A DNA stretch of 32,000 bases from Chlamydiales bacterium (GTDB taxonomy: Bacteria > Chlamydiota > Chlamydiia > Chlamydiales > SM23-39): assembly GCA_965261025.1 (NCBI GenBank), contig OZ253438.1, forward strand, positions 150,001 to 182,000. The letters run 5' to 3'. This document shows positions 17,092 to 25,945 of the stretch, in pieces. Each line of letters starts with the position of its first letter. The stretch's first letter is position 1. A model generated the notes under the pieces. It was not told the DNA's origin, made no database searches, and was given only the letters and a program-made list of their open reading frames with translations. A program made the position numbers and the translations under genes.

Positions 17092-18360
17092 ATGCCTTTT
17101 AAGGTGAATATGCCAAAATTATCCCCTACCATGGAAGAGGGATCTGTTGTCAAATGGCATGTAAAAGAAGGAGATAAAGTAGAAGCAGGACAGCTTTTAA
17201 TAGAAATAGCTACGGATAAAGCTACCGTAGAATATCAGGCTTTAGATCCCGGTTTTTTGCGAAAGATTTTGAAAAAAGAGGGAGAAGTAGTAAAAGTGGG
17301 GGAGCCCATAGCCATTTTTACTGAAACCAAGGAAGAGCCTTTAAAAGAGTCTTCTGTAAAAGAAGAGGTAATTCAGCCCCTACCTTCTAAGGAAGTATCT
17401 TCTTCGGAAAAGCCCCCCCAAGAAGAAAGGACTTCTTTACAGCAGCCTGATTTTGCTCCAGAGGCTCCTTTAGCGGGACAATTTCTTCCAGAAGAAGATT
17501 TTTCTTCTCAAGGTATTTCTCCTTTGGCAAAAAAAATTGCGCAAGAAAAAGGGTTAGATCTTTCTGAGATACAAGGTTCTGGTCCCAACGGAAGGATTAT
17601 GAGTAGAGACTTGGATCTTGCCAGACTTCAATCTCTCCTCTCCTTTGGAAAGCAAGATGTGCCTAAACAAGCACCTGGGAGTTATGAGGAAAAACCCCTT
17701 TCTCCTATGAGGAAGGTTATAGCTAAACGATTACAAGAGTCTAAAACCTTTGTTCCTCACTTTTACCTTCACCAAGAAATAGAGGTTTCTTCTCTTTTTG
17801 CGCTAAAAAAAGAGCTAAAGCAATTCCACTTTTCGCTAACTTATAACGACTTTATCCTTAAAGCAGCAGCTATTTCCCTGAGGGAACATAAGGCAATAAA
17901 TAGCGGTTTTTATGCGAAAAAACAAACTATCTTATCCTTTCAAACCGTGGATATTGCCATAGCTGTAGCGGTTTCTTCAGGGCTCATTACTCCCATTGTT
18001 CGCTATGCCGACTATAAAGATATAGCACGGCTTTCTCAAGAAGTGAAATTTCTTACTAAAAAAGCAAAAGAGGGAAAACTTTCTGAGTCAGAATACAAAG
18101 GAGGGTCTTTTACCATCTCTAATTTGGGGATGTATGGAACATCTCAGTTTGAAGCTATCATTAATCCTCCTCAAGCAGCCATTTTAGCTGTAGGTGCTAT
18201 GCTAGAGGAGCCTGTAGTAAAAAAAGGAAAAATAGAAGTGGGAAAGGTAATGAAGCTTACTCTATCTTGTGATCACAGGGCAATTGACGGAAGAGAAGGA
18301 GCTCTGTTTCTAAAAACTATGAAAACTCTTTTAGAATGTCCCTCGGTTTTGCTAATCTAA
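17092..18360 (+). CDS. pdhC: Dihydrolipoamide acetyltransferase (E2) of the pyruvate dehydrogenase complex
   Basis: Lipoyl domain with IEIATDKATVEY (lipoyl-Lys), Pro/Glu/Ser-rich linker, E3-binding-like segment SPLAKKIAQEKGLDLSEIQGSGPNGRI, and a catalytic domain with SCDHRAIDG. Confidence 0.92.
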   Translation: MPFKVNMPKLSPTMEEGSVVKWHVKEGDKVEAGQLLIEIATDKATVEYQALDPGFLRKILKKEGEVVKVGEPIAIFTETKEEPLKESSVKEEVIQPLPSKEVSSSEKPPQEERTSLQQPDFAPEAPLAGQFLPEEDFSSQGISPLAKKIAQEKGLDLSEIQGSGPNGRIMSRDLDLARLQSLLSFGKQDVPKQAPGSYEEKPLSPMRKVIAKRLQESKTFVPHFYLHQEIEVSSLFALKKELKQFHFSLTYNDFILKAAAISLREHKAINSGFYAKKQTILSFQTVDIAIAVAVSSGLITPIVRYADYKDIARLSQEVKFLTKKAKEGKLSESEYKGGSFTISNLGMYGTSQFEAIINPPQAAILAVGAMLEEPVVKKGKIEVGKVMKLTLSCDHRAIDGREGALFLKTMKTLLECPSVLLI

Positions 18361-19277
18361 AGCCATTTTTTTCTTATGAAAACTAAAATAGAGATAAAAG
18401 AAAAAACTACGATCATGTTCATAATTAGAAAGAAGGCAAAAGGGCTTTTTTCCCAAGGTAAAGAAACGTTCATTCCATACACAGAGGAAATAATAGTAGG
18501 TATGGTAAAAATAATAGTGATCGCGGTAAGTCTTTTAATAGTTTTATTTACGTCATTTGTAAAAATAATCTGATACGAGTCCCTTAAACTTCGGATGCTT
18601 TTGATATTTACGCTACAAAGATCTTCTGATTGTTTCAAAGCAATAGTTAAGTCCTGAAGTAGGTCTAAGTCTTTTTCATACAGATGGACAAACCTTCCTG
18701 AGGAAATAGCCTCTAAAAGACTTCTCATAGGAACTAAAGAGGTAAGATACTGATTTAAAATCTCCTCGTTTTTGGCCAGCATAACGATGTCTTCACTGTC
18801 GATATTCTGAATTTGCTTTTCTTGTTCTAGTACGCTATGTCTTACTTTTTTAATATTCGTATTAAATTCTTGGGTGATCTTCAAGAGGATATGAAATAAA
18901 AGTTTTGATTTTTGTGTGGAATTAATTCGTAGACTAGCTTGCAGGATTTTTTCTATAACATTGCTTTTTTGGGGAGAAATGGTTACCACGTAGTTGGGCG
19001 TTAAAAGAATGGTTAGGGTAGAAGTATAAAGCCCCCCCTCATTTTCGCTCGGATGCCTAGTAAAAATAACAATGTTTTCTTGCTCATGCTCAATACGGGG
19101 TATCTCGTAACGATCTAGGCTATCTTTTAAATCGGCAAAATCAATATCAGTAAGCTCCATGATTTTATCTAAATCTTCCAAAGAGGTTTCTGTTACGTGA
19201 ACCCACGAACCCACTTTGAATTCATTGATTTTCTGAAACTCTTTTGCTTTTAGAGATTTAAAAAAAACTTCAATCAT
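18357..19277 (-). CDS. corA: CorA-family divalent-cation (Mg2+/Co2+) transporter
   Basis: Soluble N-terminal domain, two C-terminal TM helices and the signature YGMNV (SSVYGMNVSLPW). Its stop overlaps the pdhC stop on the opposite strand. Confidence 0.85.
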   Translation of the reverse strand: MIEVFFKSLKAKEFQKINEFKVGSWVHVTETSLEDLDKIMELTDIDFADLKDSLDRYEIPRIEHEQENIVIFTRHPSENEGGLYTSTLTILLTPNYVVTISPQKSNVIEKILQASLRINSTQKSKLLFHILLKITQEFNTNIKKVRHSVLEQEKQIQNIDSEDIVMLAKNEEILNQYLTSLVPMRSLLEAISSGRFVHLYEKDLDLLQDLTIALKQSEDLCSVNIKSIRSLRDSYQIIFTNDVNKTIKRLTAITIIFTIPTIISSVYGMNVSLPWEKSPFAFFLIMNMIVVFSFISILVFIRKKWL

Positions 19278-19539
19278 TTTCTTACACGCTCTTCTCTACC
19301 ATTAAAGGGAAAGTTAGGAGAAAAGCAAGCACTTTTTTCCTAAGAATCAACGAGAAAATATCCTCGCGAGGTCCGGAAAGGATAAAAGGGAAGTTTTTTT
19401 TAAACAAGGAAAAGGTTCTCTCTAAAAAAAGAAACCCAGATAAATTATTGTTTTTGTAAAATGCTCTTAATAAAAAGATTAGAGTTTTTTTGAAAGATAG
19501 ATTTTTAGATATGTAGAATAGAAAGAAAAGGGCTAAGAA

Positions 19540-20088
19540 TTGAATAGGAGTTTTTATCCAGATTTTTCCCAGTTTATCCATGAAAGGGTCCGAAATAGAG
19601 ATATTTCTCGACAGAACAAGACAAAACAGCTGGATATCCTTTTAGCATTTTGGAGACAACTTTCCCTAGTTAAACAACTAACTTTTTTAGCTTGTTCTAA
19701 GCTGGATAAAGGCTTAAGTTGGAGCAGAAAAGGGCTTGGTAAGGTTTCTATTACTAAAATAGCCTCAGATGTTCTTTTAGTTGAAGAAAAAGGGATCTGG
19801 AAAGAAAAAGAAGGCAAAGAATTTTGTTTTACGAATCTTTCTCGATGGACTTTAGGAAGGGTTTCTGGACGTATTTCTTTAGAGCATTTGCGCTATGGAG
19901 CCAAAAACCCTGTCTTTTTATTTCATTTAGCTCCCCGTAGCTTTTACAGTTTATGCCCCATTAAGCCTTATCTTTGTGGTAGGGACTGCTATCATGCTCA
20001 AGTCAGCTTTAACCACCAGCAAATACAGTTCAATTGGCAAGTTACGGGCCCTAAAAAAAAGGAAGAAATTACGTATTGCTATTTTTAA
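19540..20088 (+). CDS. Hypothetical protein (182 aa), no confident family
   Basis: ORF with no in-frame ATG or GTG near the 5' end; TTG 19540 is the only obvious start. There is a faint resemblance to a small beta-rich uncharacterised family (..EEKGIW......F.F.....W......ISLEHLRYG....FLFHL....H.C..D.Y.....F.......W.V.GP.K.E...Y.Y). Coding is likely but function is unknown. Confidence 0.5.
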   Translation: MNRSFYPDFSQFIHERVRNRDISRQNKTKQLDILLAFWRQLSLVKQLTFLACSKLDKGLSWSRKGLGKVSITKIASDVLLVEEKGIWKEKEGKEFCFTNLSRWTLGRVSGRISLEHLRYGAKNPVFLFHLAPRSFYSLCPIKPYLCGRDCYHAQVSFNHQQIQFNWQVTGPKKKEEITYCYF

Positions 20089-20147
20089 ACCTTATGCACC
20101 CTTAAGGTCTATTTACAATCTAAGGAGCTTCCAAAAGAGGCAGCTTT

Positions 20148-23100
20148 TCAAAAGCTTGAACCTTCTTGTGTCAATTCTACCTCAGTTTCTCCTAGGTATT
20201 GTAAAACTCTGGGGTGGACAATTTTTTTCAGCTCCTCACTAGATAGTAGCCTAAGTAGTCGATTGGATTGTTGATACTTCAAGCTTGGGCCTTCAAATTC
20301 CGTTTTACATCCCTCTCCCATTTGCAAAAATTCCAGAGACTTTTGAATTCCTCCCTGGGATAGACCTTCAGGATTTGATGTAGAAAAGCCCAATTTTTTT
20401 ATTATATTTTCGACAAAGGGTATATTTTCTTCCCAATAAAGGGCCGGATTGAGTTTCGGTAGCATGCGGCGCCAGCCATTTTTCTCACATTGAGACTCAG
20501 TCAATCGTCGATCAGTTATATTTCTGGAACCATAGGCTCCATACCAAGAAGCAACCCCCGTTTGTGGCCAATGATTGCTTGCTTCTCCTGTGATTGCTAG
20601 AGCTAAAAGCTGATCAAGAGCTTTTTTAGTTCGGCCATATGCGGAAGGAACCATACACAAAACAGTTGCTATCCGGTTCCAACGGCTGCCACCAAAAGGA
20701 TTCTTAAACTTACATGAGCTAGGAAACAAATAAATGAAGGACTGATACATGACCTTATCCCCATTGGGATACATTTCATCAGGGTTTTCTGTCCAAGATT
20801 TGGTAGGATTTTGATCCAGATGTAGCCACTCCTCTAGGCTTGTTTCAGAGCTTTCTTCAATAGATAGGGCTGGAACATCTAAAGAGCCAATCAATGAAAC
20901 AGGAGTTTTATCTGAAGAAGCATACTTTGAATATAGAACTTCCCAAGCTTTTAGCACATTGGGATGATTCCTAATACGCCATGCAAATTCCCCCTGCGGC
21001 ATTCCTAGGGTATATCTTAACCCTCTTCGGTCTATTCCTAAGTGTTTTTCTTTTACCTCATCCAAGTTCTTTCCCTCAAAGGTGGGATTTATTTTTCGAA
21101 TATCTTCTAATAGTGCCTTCAGAATAGGCCTCATATCTTTTATGATGTCTTTTAAAATTACATACCCTTCTTTTTCAAGGTGATCTCGCCATTTTGTTTC
21201 CTCTTCTAAACGAAAGGTGGCAGGAGTGTACAGCGCTGGAATAATGCAATTTCCCCCCGGTTTCAATTGGTCTGGATCTATCTTTGAAAGAAAGCGATAA
21301 AGAGTGTTTTGGTTTACACTAGTGGCACCTTGATGTACAAGAGCTGAATTCCAAATAAGCATGCATGTGGAGTCCTCACCACAAGCACCCCGTATATCTA
21401 GCTGAACAGCACGTTGCTGAAATTCCTCACCCAATTCTTGTTCCCACACTCGGTATTGCTTTTCTTGAGATCCTAAGTTGCCATAACGTAAGACTTCTTT
21501 GAGTTTCACCCCTTGAAAATCTCCCCAATTCTTAGACTCTTCTTGGCTTTGGTATTCCATGGCAGCTTTTAGATGCTTGTATAATTTCCGATGGCTTCCA
21601 GGAATAACCACCAGGGATCTTTGTGTTTGCTTTTCAAAGCGTTCATAAGTCTTTTTTGGACAAAGATACTCCTCTTCGCAGGTGGGTTTGATTTTCCACC
21701 ACGAATTCTCATCAGTTTGCGTAAATTCTAAGGGAATGTCTTGAAAAGCGGGAAAAACAGCAAAAGAATCAGAGCCTTTTTCTAAGAGTTTTTCCACTTC
21801 CCTTGCATAATTACCATCTAGTTCACGCAGGCGTTTTGAATTGGGAGTCGGGGGAACAAAGAAACAGCTTTTGGTTTTCACTTGCTCCCAGTGAGCAGGT
21901 TGTTTCCACTTCTCAGTAAACTCCAAGATTTTATTGAGATTAGGTTGGTAAAGTAAAGCTGTCTCATAAAAACGATTGACCCCATTAGTAGACGCTAGGT
22001 GGGCATGTAGAAGCATTTTTCCCCAGTATCTTAATCCCGGATTTGGATGAAATTGGGCTAAGTGTCTTAACAGGCCCACATGAAGCATTCCAATAGGACG
22101 TGGTACGGAAACAAAGGAATCACTGGGAAAACGGAAGCACTCGCTTTGCCCAGACGTATTCCGGCCATTTTCCATGTGAACAGCAAGGCGCCATGTTTTT
22201 GAAAGGGGTAACTGCTTAATTCTCCCTTTCCCATATTTTCTCAGTATCTGTAAATAGAGTGAATCCTCTTCCCCGCTTTTTTTATTTCCCTTTCTTATGA
22301 TCTCTTTTTTGTATTTTAGCCTATCTTGAGATACAACTTCTGCTCGGTACATAAAAGAAAAGCCAAAGCCCGTAGGAAGACAAGTGCAGTGAGAAGATAA
22401 ATGCCACTTATTTTGGGAATCTTGGATATCTAGGGTATCAACATAGGTTGCTTTTTCCATGTCTTGAAATGCGCGTCCTTTGTTAAGAGCTGTGATAATA
22501 TCTGGATTAGGGAAATCTAAAGATCCCAAGGTTGCACTAGGAGGGGTTCCAATGATTTGTAGTCTTAAAAAATTACGAAACTTAACTAGCATGAGTTTAG
22601 GATTTTGTGCAAATTCTCTATGGAGGGAAGTTAAGTAGTCTACCGAATAGATATCATCGTCATCCATGGTAGCAATGAAATGGCAACCATACTCTGGTTT
22701 AATTATTTCAGCATTTATTATATTGCGCTTATGGGCTAAAGAAAATTTTCCTTCTGGGAATTCTGAATGATCTACTTCCCAATACTTTACTTGATCAGGC
22801 ATTTCAGCCATCTTTTCTCTCCAGAATGCTTGGGCGTATCTTCTTTCAGGAGAAGGGTTATCCTCTACACCGTTATCTCGAAGGACAAAGAGCTTTTTGT
22901 TAGGATAATTCTGCTTTCGAAAATTTTCGAAGATCCAATCACATAAGGCATCTCCGCGTTCGAAAACTGGCACAGCTACGCAAATGCAGGGCATTTGCGT
23001 CTGCCAATCTTCCCTAATAGAGTCTGTTTTCCGCGCAGTATTTGAAGGAAAAACCTCCCTGCTTGTAGGGAGAACTTCACTCGGAACTATAGAAGCTTTT

Positions 23101-23162
23101 GTTTCAAAAGATTGAGCTAACAAAAGAGAGCTTAAGCTAAGTATAAGAAAGAATTTTTTCAT
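20148..23162 (-). CDS. Large secreted multidomain protein (~1004 aa): N-terminal GT-A (family-2-like) glycosyltransferase motifs plus PhyH-like Fe(II)/2OG dioxygenase motifs
   Basis: The track start is TTG 23174. ATG 23162 is preceded by GGAG and opens the signal peptide MKKFFLILSLSSLLLAQS. GT2-like pattern (aa numbering from the track ORF): ICVAVPVFERGDALCDWIFENFRKQNYPNKKLFVLRDNG (aa 63-102), SLAHKRNIINAEI, HFIATMDDDDIYSVDYL (DxD), GEEDSLYLQILRKYG. PhyH-like fragments: LVVIPGSHRKLY (aa 521-532), IWNSALVHQGATSVNQN (distal His), then a second region EKEGYVILKDII...EEWLHLDQNP (HxD). Motif-level evidence only. Confidence 0.55.
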   Translation of the reverse strand: MKKFFLILSLSSLLLAQSFETKASIVPSEVLPTSREVFPSNTARKTDSIREDWQTQMPCICVAVPVFERGDALCDWIFENFRKQNYPNKKLFVLRDNGVEDNPSPERRYAQAFWREKMAEMPDQVKYWEVDHSEFPEGKFSLAHKRNIINAEIIKPEYGCHFIATMDDDDIYSVDYLTSLHREFAQNPKLMLVKFRNFLRLQIIGTPPSATLGSLDFPNPDIITALNKGRAFQDMEKATYVDTLDIQDSQNKWHLSSHCTCLPTGFGFSFMYRAEVVSQDRLKYKKEIIRKGNKKSGEEDSLYLQILRKYGKGRIKQLPLSKTWRLAVHMENGRNTSGQSECFRFPSDSFVSVPRPIGMLHVGLLRHLAQFHPNPGLRYWGKMLLHAHLASTNGVNRFYETALLYQPNLNKILEFTEKWKQPAHWEQVKTKSCFFVPPTPNSKRLRELDGNYAREVEKLLEKGSDSFAVFPAFQDIPLEFTQTDENSWWKIKPTCEEEYLCPKKTYERFEKQTQRSLVVIPGSHRKLYKHLKAAMEYQSQEESKNWGDFQGVKLKEVLRYGNLGSQEKQYRVWEQELGEEFQQRAVQLDIRGACGEDSTCMLIWNSALVHQGATSVNQNTLYRFLSKIDPDQLKPGGNCIIPALYTPATFRLEEETKWRDHLEKEGYVILKDIIKDMRPILKALLEDIRKINPTFEGKNLDEVKEKHLGIDRRGLRYTLGMPQGEFAWRIRNHPNVLKAWEVLYSKYASSDKTPVSLIGSLDVPALSIEESSETSLEEWLHLDQNPTKSWTENPDEMYPNGDKVMYQSFIYLFPSSCKFKNPFGGSRWNRIATVLCMVPSAYGRTKKALDQLLALAITGEASNHWPQTGVASWYGAYGSRNITDRRLTESQCEKNGWRRMLPKLNPALYWEENIPFVENIIKKLGFSTSNPEGLSQGGIQKSLEFLQMGEGCKTEFEGPSLKYQQSNRLLRLLSSEELKKIVHPRVLQYLGETEVELTQEGSSF

Positions 23163-23596
23163 GATCTTCTCCAAAAGTAGAGGAAGAGTTTATTCAAAAA
23201 ATTATTTTCCATCTAGAGTAATTTATCCCTTAGACTAGAAAAGCCGAATATGCATATACTGGCGCGCTTTTTTTCGTTACGGGATTTTCCTCAGAGACAA
23301 GAGTAGAGGTTCCTATCATTACAGAGGCATTTTCTCTACGTATGTTTGGAGGTGCGATTTTCAAAGTATTTCCGGTGAGATTTGAAGAGATCACCTAGGA
23401 CAAATAATTAGCTCTGCCTTAAACCCTGCAAAGTTACGCGGCTCTTTGGTTTCATTTTGGGAACGAGATTTTGATAAGGAAATGGGCAAGTATGCATAGA
23501 TTGGGCTGTGATATCTTGAATTAGGTTCTTTTATTAGGTAGAGCTAGTTTGTTTAGGGAACTTCAATCATGTAACAGGATTAAAGGGGAAAAAGAA

Positions 23597-24181
23597 ATGG
23601 CTAGTCCAGTAAAAAATGAGTCTGTTGTAGAGCTTGAACTACATCTTCAAGATGTGCGTATTTCCAAGAAATGGAATAACTTAACAAAGATCTCCTTAAC
23701 AAGGCAAGATCCTATGGAGACAAATGAGACCGTAGGTAGAGTAATTAATGCTATTTGTAGTTTTTTTTCAGTGGAAAATTCTTGGGATAGGCGATTATTT
23801 GAATCTTTGTTTTCAAGCGATCCTGAATTTAATTGGTTTGAGTGCAAAAAAACAACAGGACAGGGTGTTATATATGCAATAAAGATTCTTCCTGGTAGTG
23901 ATAGAGATATTTTTTTTGGAAGGAGAGTAGAACCTTTTCAGGCTTTAGATAGAGGATCTCGTAAAGTTCATGTGCGCACGCACTCAAAACTATTAGCCGG
24001 AGAAAACAGCTATGATCTCACATTAGGAGATCTCCAGGGAAAATGGAGTGATGATTTAGCATTGATTGCCCTTTACAATTCGGAGTCCTTTTTACAATGT
24101 TCTCAGCACTCTACAAATAGGAGTTTTACCCGTTCCATGCAGATATTTGATCCCTCGGAAACTACCGAGAAAAAAAACTGA
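23597..24181 (+). CDS. Orphan protein (~194 aa)
   Basis: The track ORF starts at 23549. ATG 23597 (MASPVKNES...) is preceded by AAAGGGGAAAAAG. No signal peptide, TM or known motif. Confidence 0.55.
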   Translation: MASPVKNESVVELELHLQDVRISKKWNNLTKISLTRQDPMETNETVGRVINAICSFFSVENSWDRRLFESLFSSDPEFNWFECKKTTGQGVIYAIKILPGSDRDIFFGRRVEPFQALDRGSRKVHVRTHSKLLAGENSYDLTLGDLQGKWSDDLALIALYNSESFLQCSQHSTNRSFTRSMQIFDPSETTEKKN

Positions 24182-24300
24182 ATTCATAGTCTTATGATAG
24201 GAAAACTAGAATTCCTTTTTTGCTGTATTTCAGGTAAGTATTTCTCTAGGAGTGATCTTGATTTATTCACCCTAATCTTATCCTTTCAGGATTTTTGTTC

Positions 24301-24328
24301 TTGCAAGAAATTGGGGCACGTGTAGAAT
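24301..24328 (+). promoter_or_regulatory. Candidate sigma70-type promoter for the hydroxylase/carrier cluster
   Basis: TTGCAA (24301..24306), 16-nt spacer, TAGAAT (24323..24328), about 32 nt upstream of the SD-supported ATG 24360. The -10 overlaps the alternative ATG 24327, which favours the downstream start. Confidence 0.35.
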
Positions 24329-24359
24329 GTTCCTTCTGTTTTCATCTAAGGAGGGGCTT

Positions 24360-24881
24360 ATGTGTAGTACTCATTATCATTTTGACCCAAACCAATTGAA
24401 ATTTGGAGAGGGTGAGGCTTCGAAGACTTATGTTCTTTGTAACCACGAAGAACAGGAGCCCCCTGGGTTCTTAGATCTAAAAAAGAGTTGCCAAATAGTT
24501 TTTTCGAGGGCCCTCGAATTTGGTAGTTTAGGTGCTGTAGGGAAAAGTTTGGATTTTTGGGGATTTTCAAAGGAGTTACTTCCTCTTTTTGAGCGTTGTG
24601 TAGTCGTTTTTGGTATGTCACTGCGAAAGGATCAACAGCCCTTTCAAAAAGGGCGTTTTACGGTCACTACCCACTCTGATGTCGATTCTTCTTTAGTGTT
24701 CACTTCTTTTGGGGAACAATCAGTTACTAAAGAAGTCTCTGAACAGATTTTTCGAAGATTTGAATCTAAACTCCAATCCAGAATTCAAAAAGGGAGCTCC
24801 TTGGAAGATTGTGTGGTAGTTTTAGAGGAATCCGGAGTTTCTCAAGTCTTCGAAGAAAAGAAGATTTGTCACTCAGATTAG
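24360..24881 (+). CDS. Orphan protein (~173 aa), first gene of the hydroxylase operon
   Basis: ATG 24360 is preceded by AAGGAGGGG (24348..24356). Its stop (TAG 24879..24881) overlaps the AGGAGG ribosome-binding site of the next gene. No family recognised. Confidence 0.6.
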   Translation: MCSTHYHFDPNQLKFGEGEASKTYVLCNHEEQEPPGFLDLKKSCQIVFSRALEFGSLGAVGKSLDFWGFSKELLPLFERCVVVFGMSLRKDQQPFQKGRFTVTTHSDVDSSLVFTSFGEQSVTKEVSEQIFRRFESKLQSRIQKGSSLEDCVVVLEESGVSQVFEEKKICHSD

Positions 24882-24892
24882 GAGGTAGAAAC

Positions 24893-25945
24893 GTGAGTTT
24901 TATTGGGTCTTTTCGCTTATCGACAGCTTGTGTCTTTCATAATTTTCGTGGTTTTTCTTCTGGGGTTACAGGGGAATCTAGATTAGATGTCATTCCGTTT
25001 TTTCAAGGAAGTATGAATCCCTACCAGAAAATGGAACCTTTTCTTAGACATGCCGCCTTACATTCAGACAAACTTTCATTAGATGTAAGAGCTCAGCTGT
25101 ATGATTTTAAACAAAAGGGCAATAAGGAAGGGTATCTTCTTTTTCGAGGTTTTCCTGTTGATCCGGGCTTGATTGGGACGCCAGAGAATGTTAGTGATGT
25201 TCCTTGGAAAAAAAAGACTTTTCATAGCGAGTTTTGGCTTTCTTGTTTAGCGAGCTATCTGGGAGAGCCTTTTGGTTATTCACAGGAAAATATGGGGGCT
25301 TTGATTCATAATGTAAGACCTTCTAGAGAAAATGCTCAAAAACTGAGCTCTGGAAGTTCTAAGCAGCCTTTGGGGCTTCATTCAGAAAATGCGTTCCACC
25401 CTTTTGATCCTGACTATCTCATTCTCTATTGTCTTAGACAAGATCAAGATAAAAAGGCGGAGACAACTATAGCAAGTTTTCGAAGAGCGAGGAATTATAT
25501 CCCAAGAGGTTTGGAAAAGGTTCTTAGAGAGCCTCTTTTTCAGACTGGGGTTGACTTTTCTTTTGGAAACATTGATCAAGAAAAAGGAAATGGTAGGATT
25601 ATACCGATTTTGTATGGGGATGAGGAAGATCCTCTCATTACTTTTGATCCGGATTATATGGAAGGATTAACAAAAGAGGCCCGAGAGGCTATGGAAGTGC
25701 TTGAAGCAGCTTTAAAGAAGGTAGAAAAGGGAGTTTTGCTGGAGTCAGGAGATGTCCTTATTGTAGATAACCGAAGGGCTTTACACGGGAGAAAGGAGTT
25801 TTTTGCTAAATTTGATGGGCAAGATCGCTGGCTTCAAAGGATGTTAGTTTCTCGAAATTTACAGGGAGCTGAGGTCATGTTTAGTGAACAGGGAAGGATT
25901 ATCTCTCACTGTTTTGAGAAAGCAATTAAGGGGGGGGAGACGTGA
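24893..25945 (+). CDS. Fe(II)/2-oxoglutarate-dependent amino-acid beta-hydroxylase, clavaminate-synthase-like subgroup (VioC/AsnO-type) of the TauD/TfdA superfamily
   Basis: Facial triad context GLHSENAFHPFDPDYLILYCLRQD (H-x-E) and GDVLIVDNRRALHGRKEF (distal His plus Arg). The C-terminal FDGQDRWLQRMLVSRNL matches the ..DG.DRWLKR.... ending typical of VioC/AsnO-type enzymes. Likely start is GTG 24893, 7 nt after AGGAGG (24880..24885); the track ORF begins at 24809. Confidence 0.8.
   Translation: MSFIGSFRLSTACVFHNFRGFSSGVTGESRLDVIPFFQGSMNPYQKMEPFLRHAALHSDKLSLDVRAQLYDFKQKGNKEGYLLFRGFPVDPGLIGTPENVSDVPWKKKTFHSEFWLSCLASYLGEPFGYSQENMGALIHNVRPSRENAQKLSSGSSKQPLGLHSENAFHPFDPDYLILYCLRQDQDKKAETTIASFRRARNYIPRGLEKVLREPLFQTGVDFSFGNIDQEKGNGRIIPILYGDEEDPLITFDPDYMEGLTKEAREAMEVLEAALKKVEKGVLLESGDVLIVDNRRALHGRKEFFAKFDGQDRWLQRMLVSRNLQGAEVMFSEQGRIISHCFEKAIKGGET

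Noticed and set aside
18357-18360. Convergent pdhC and corA genes whose stop codons overlap (no intergenic space, no terminator)
   Set aside because: This is real in the sequence. It is readily explained by genome compaction, and I see no evidence of a regulatory role beyond possible transcriptional interference.
19282-19581. 99-aa ORF directly upstream of corA on the minus strand (4-nt gap), hydrophobic and Phe/Leu/Lys-rich
   Set aside because: It could be a small membrane protein co-transcribed with corA. However, the sequence is low-complexity, overlaps the 5' end of the 19540..20088 ORF and has no motif, so I cannot support it as a gene from sequence alone.
23597-24881. The two adjacent orphan genes as a toxin-antitoxin or small defence pair
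   Set aside because: They are separated by about 180 nt with a separate promoter candidate, and are larger than typical TA components. They carry no nuclease, ATPase or HTH motif that I could see. The second gene is coupled to the hydroxylase rather than to the first.
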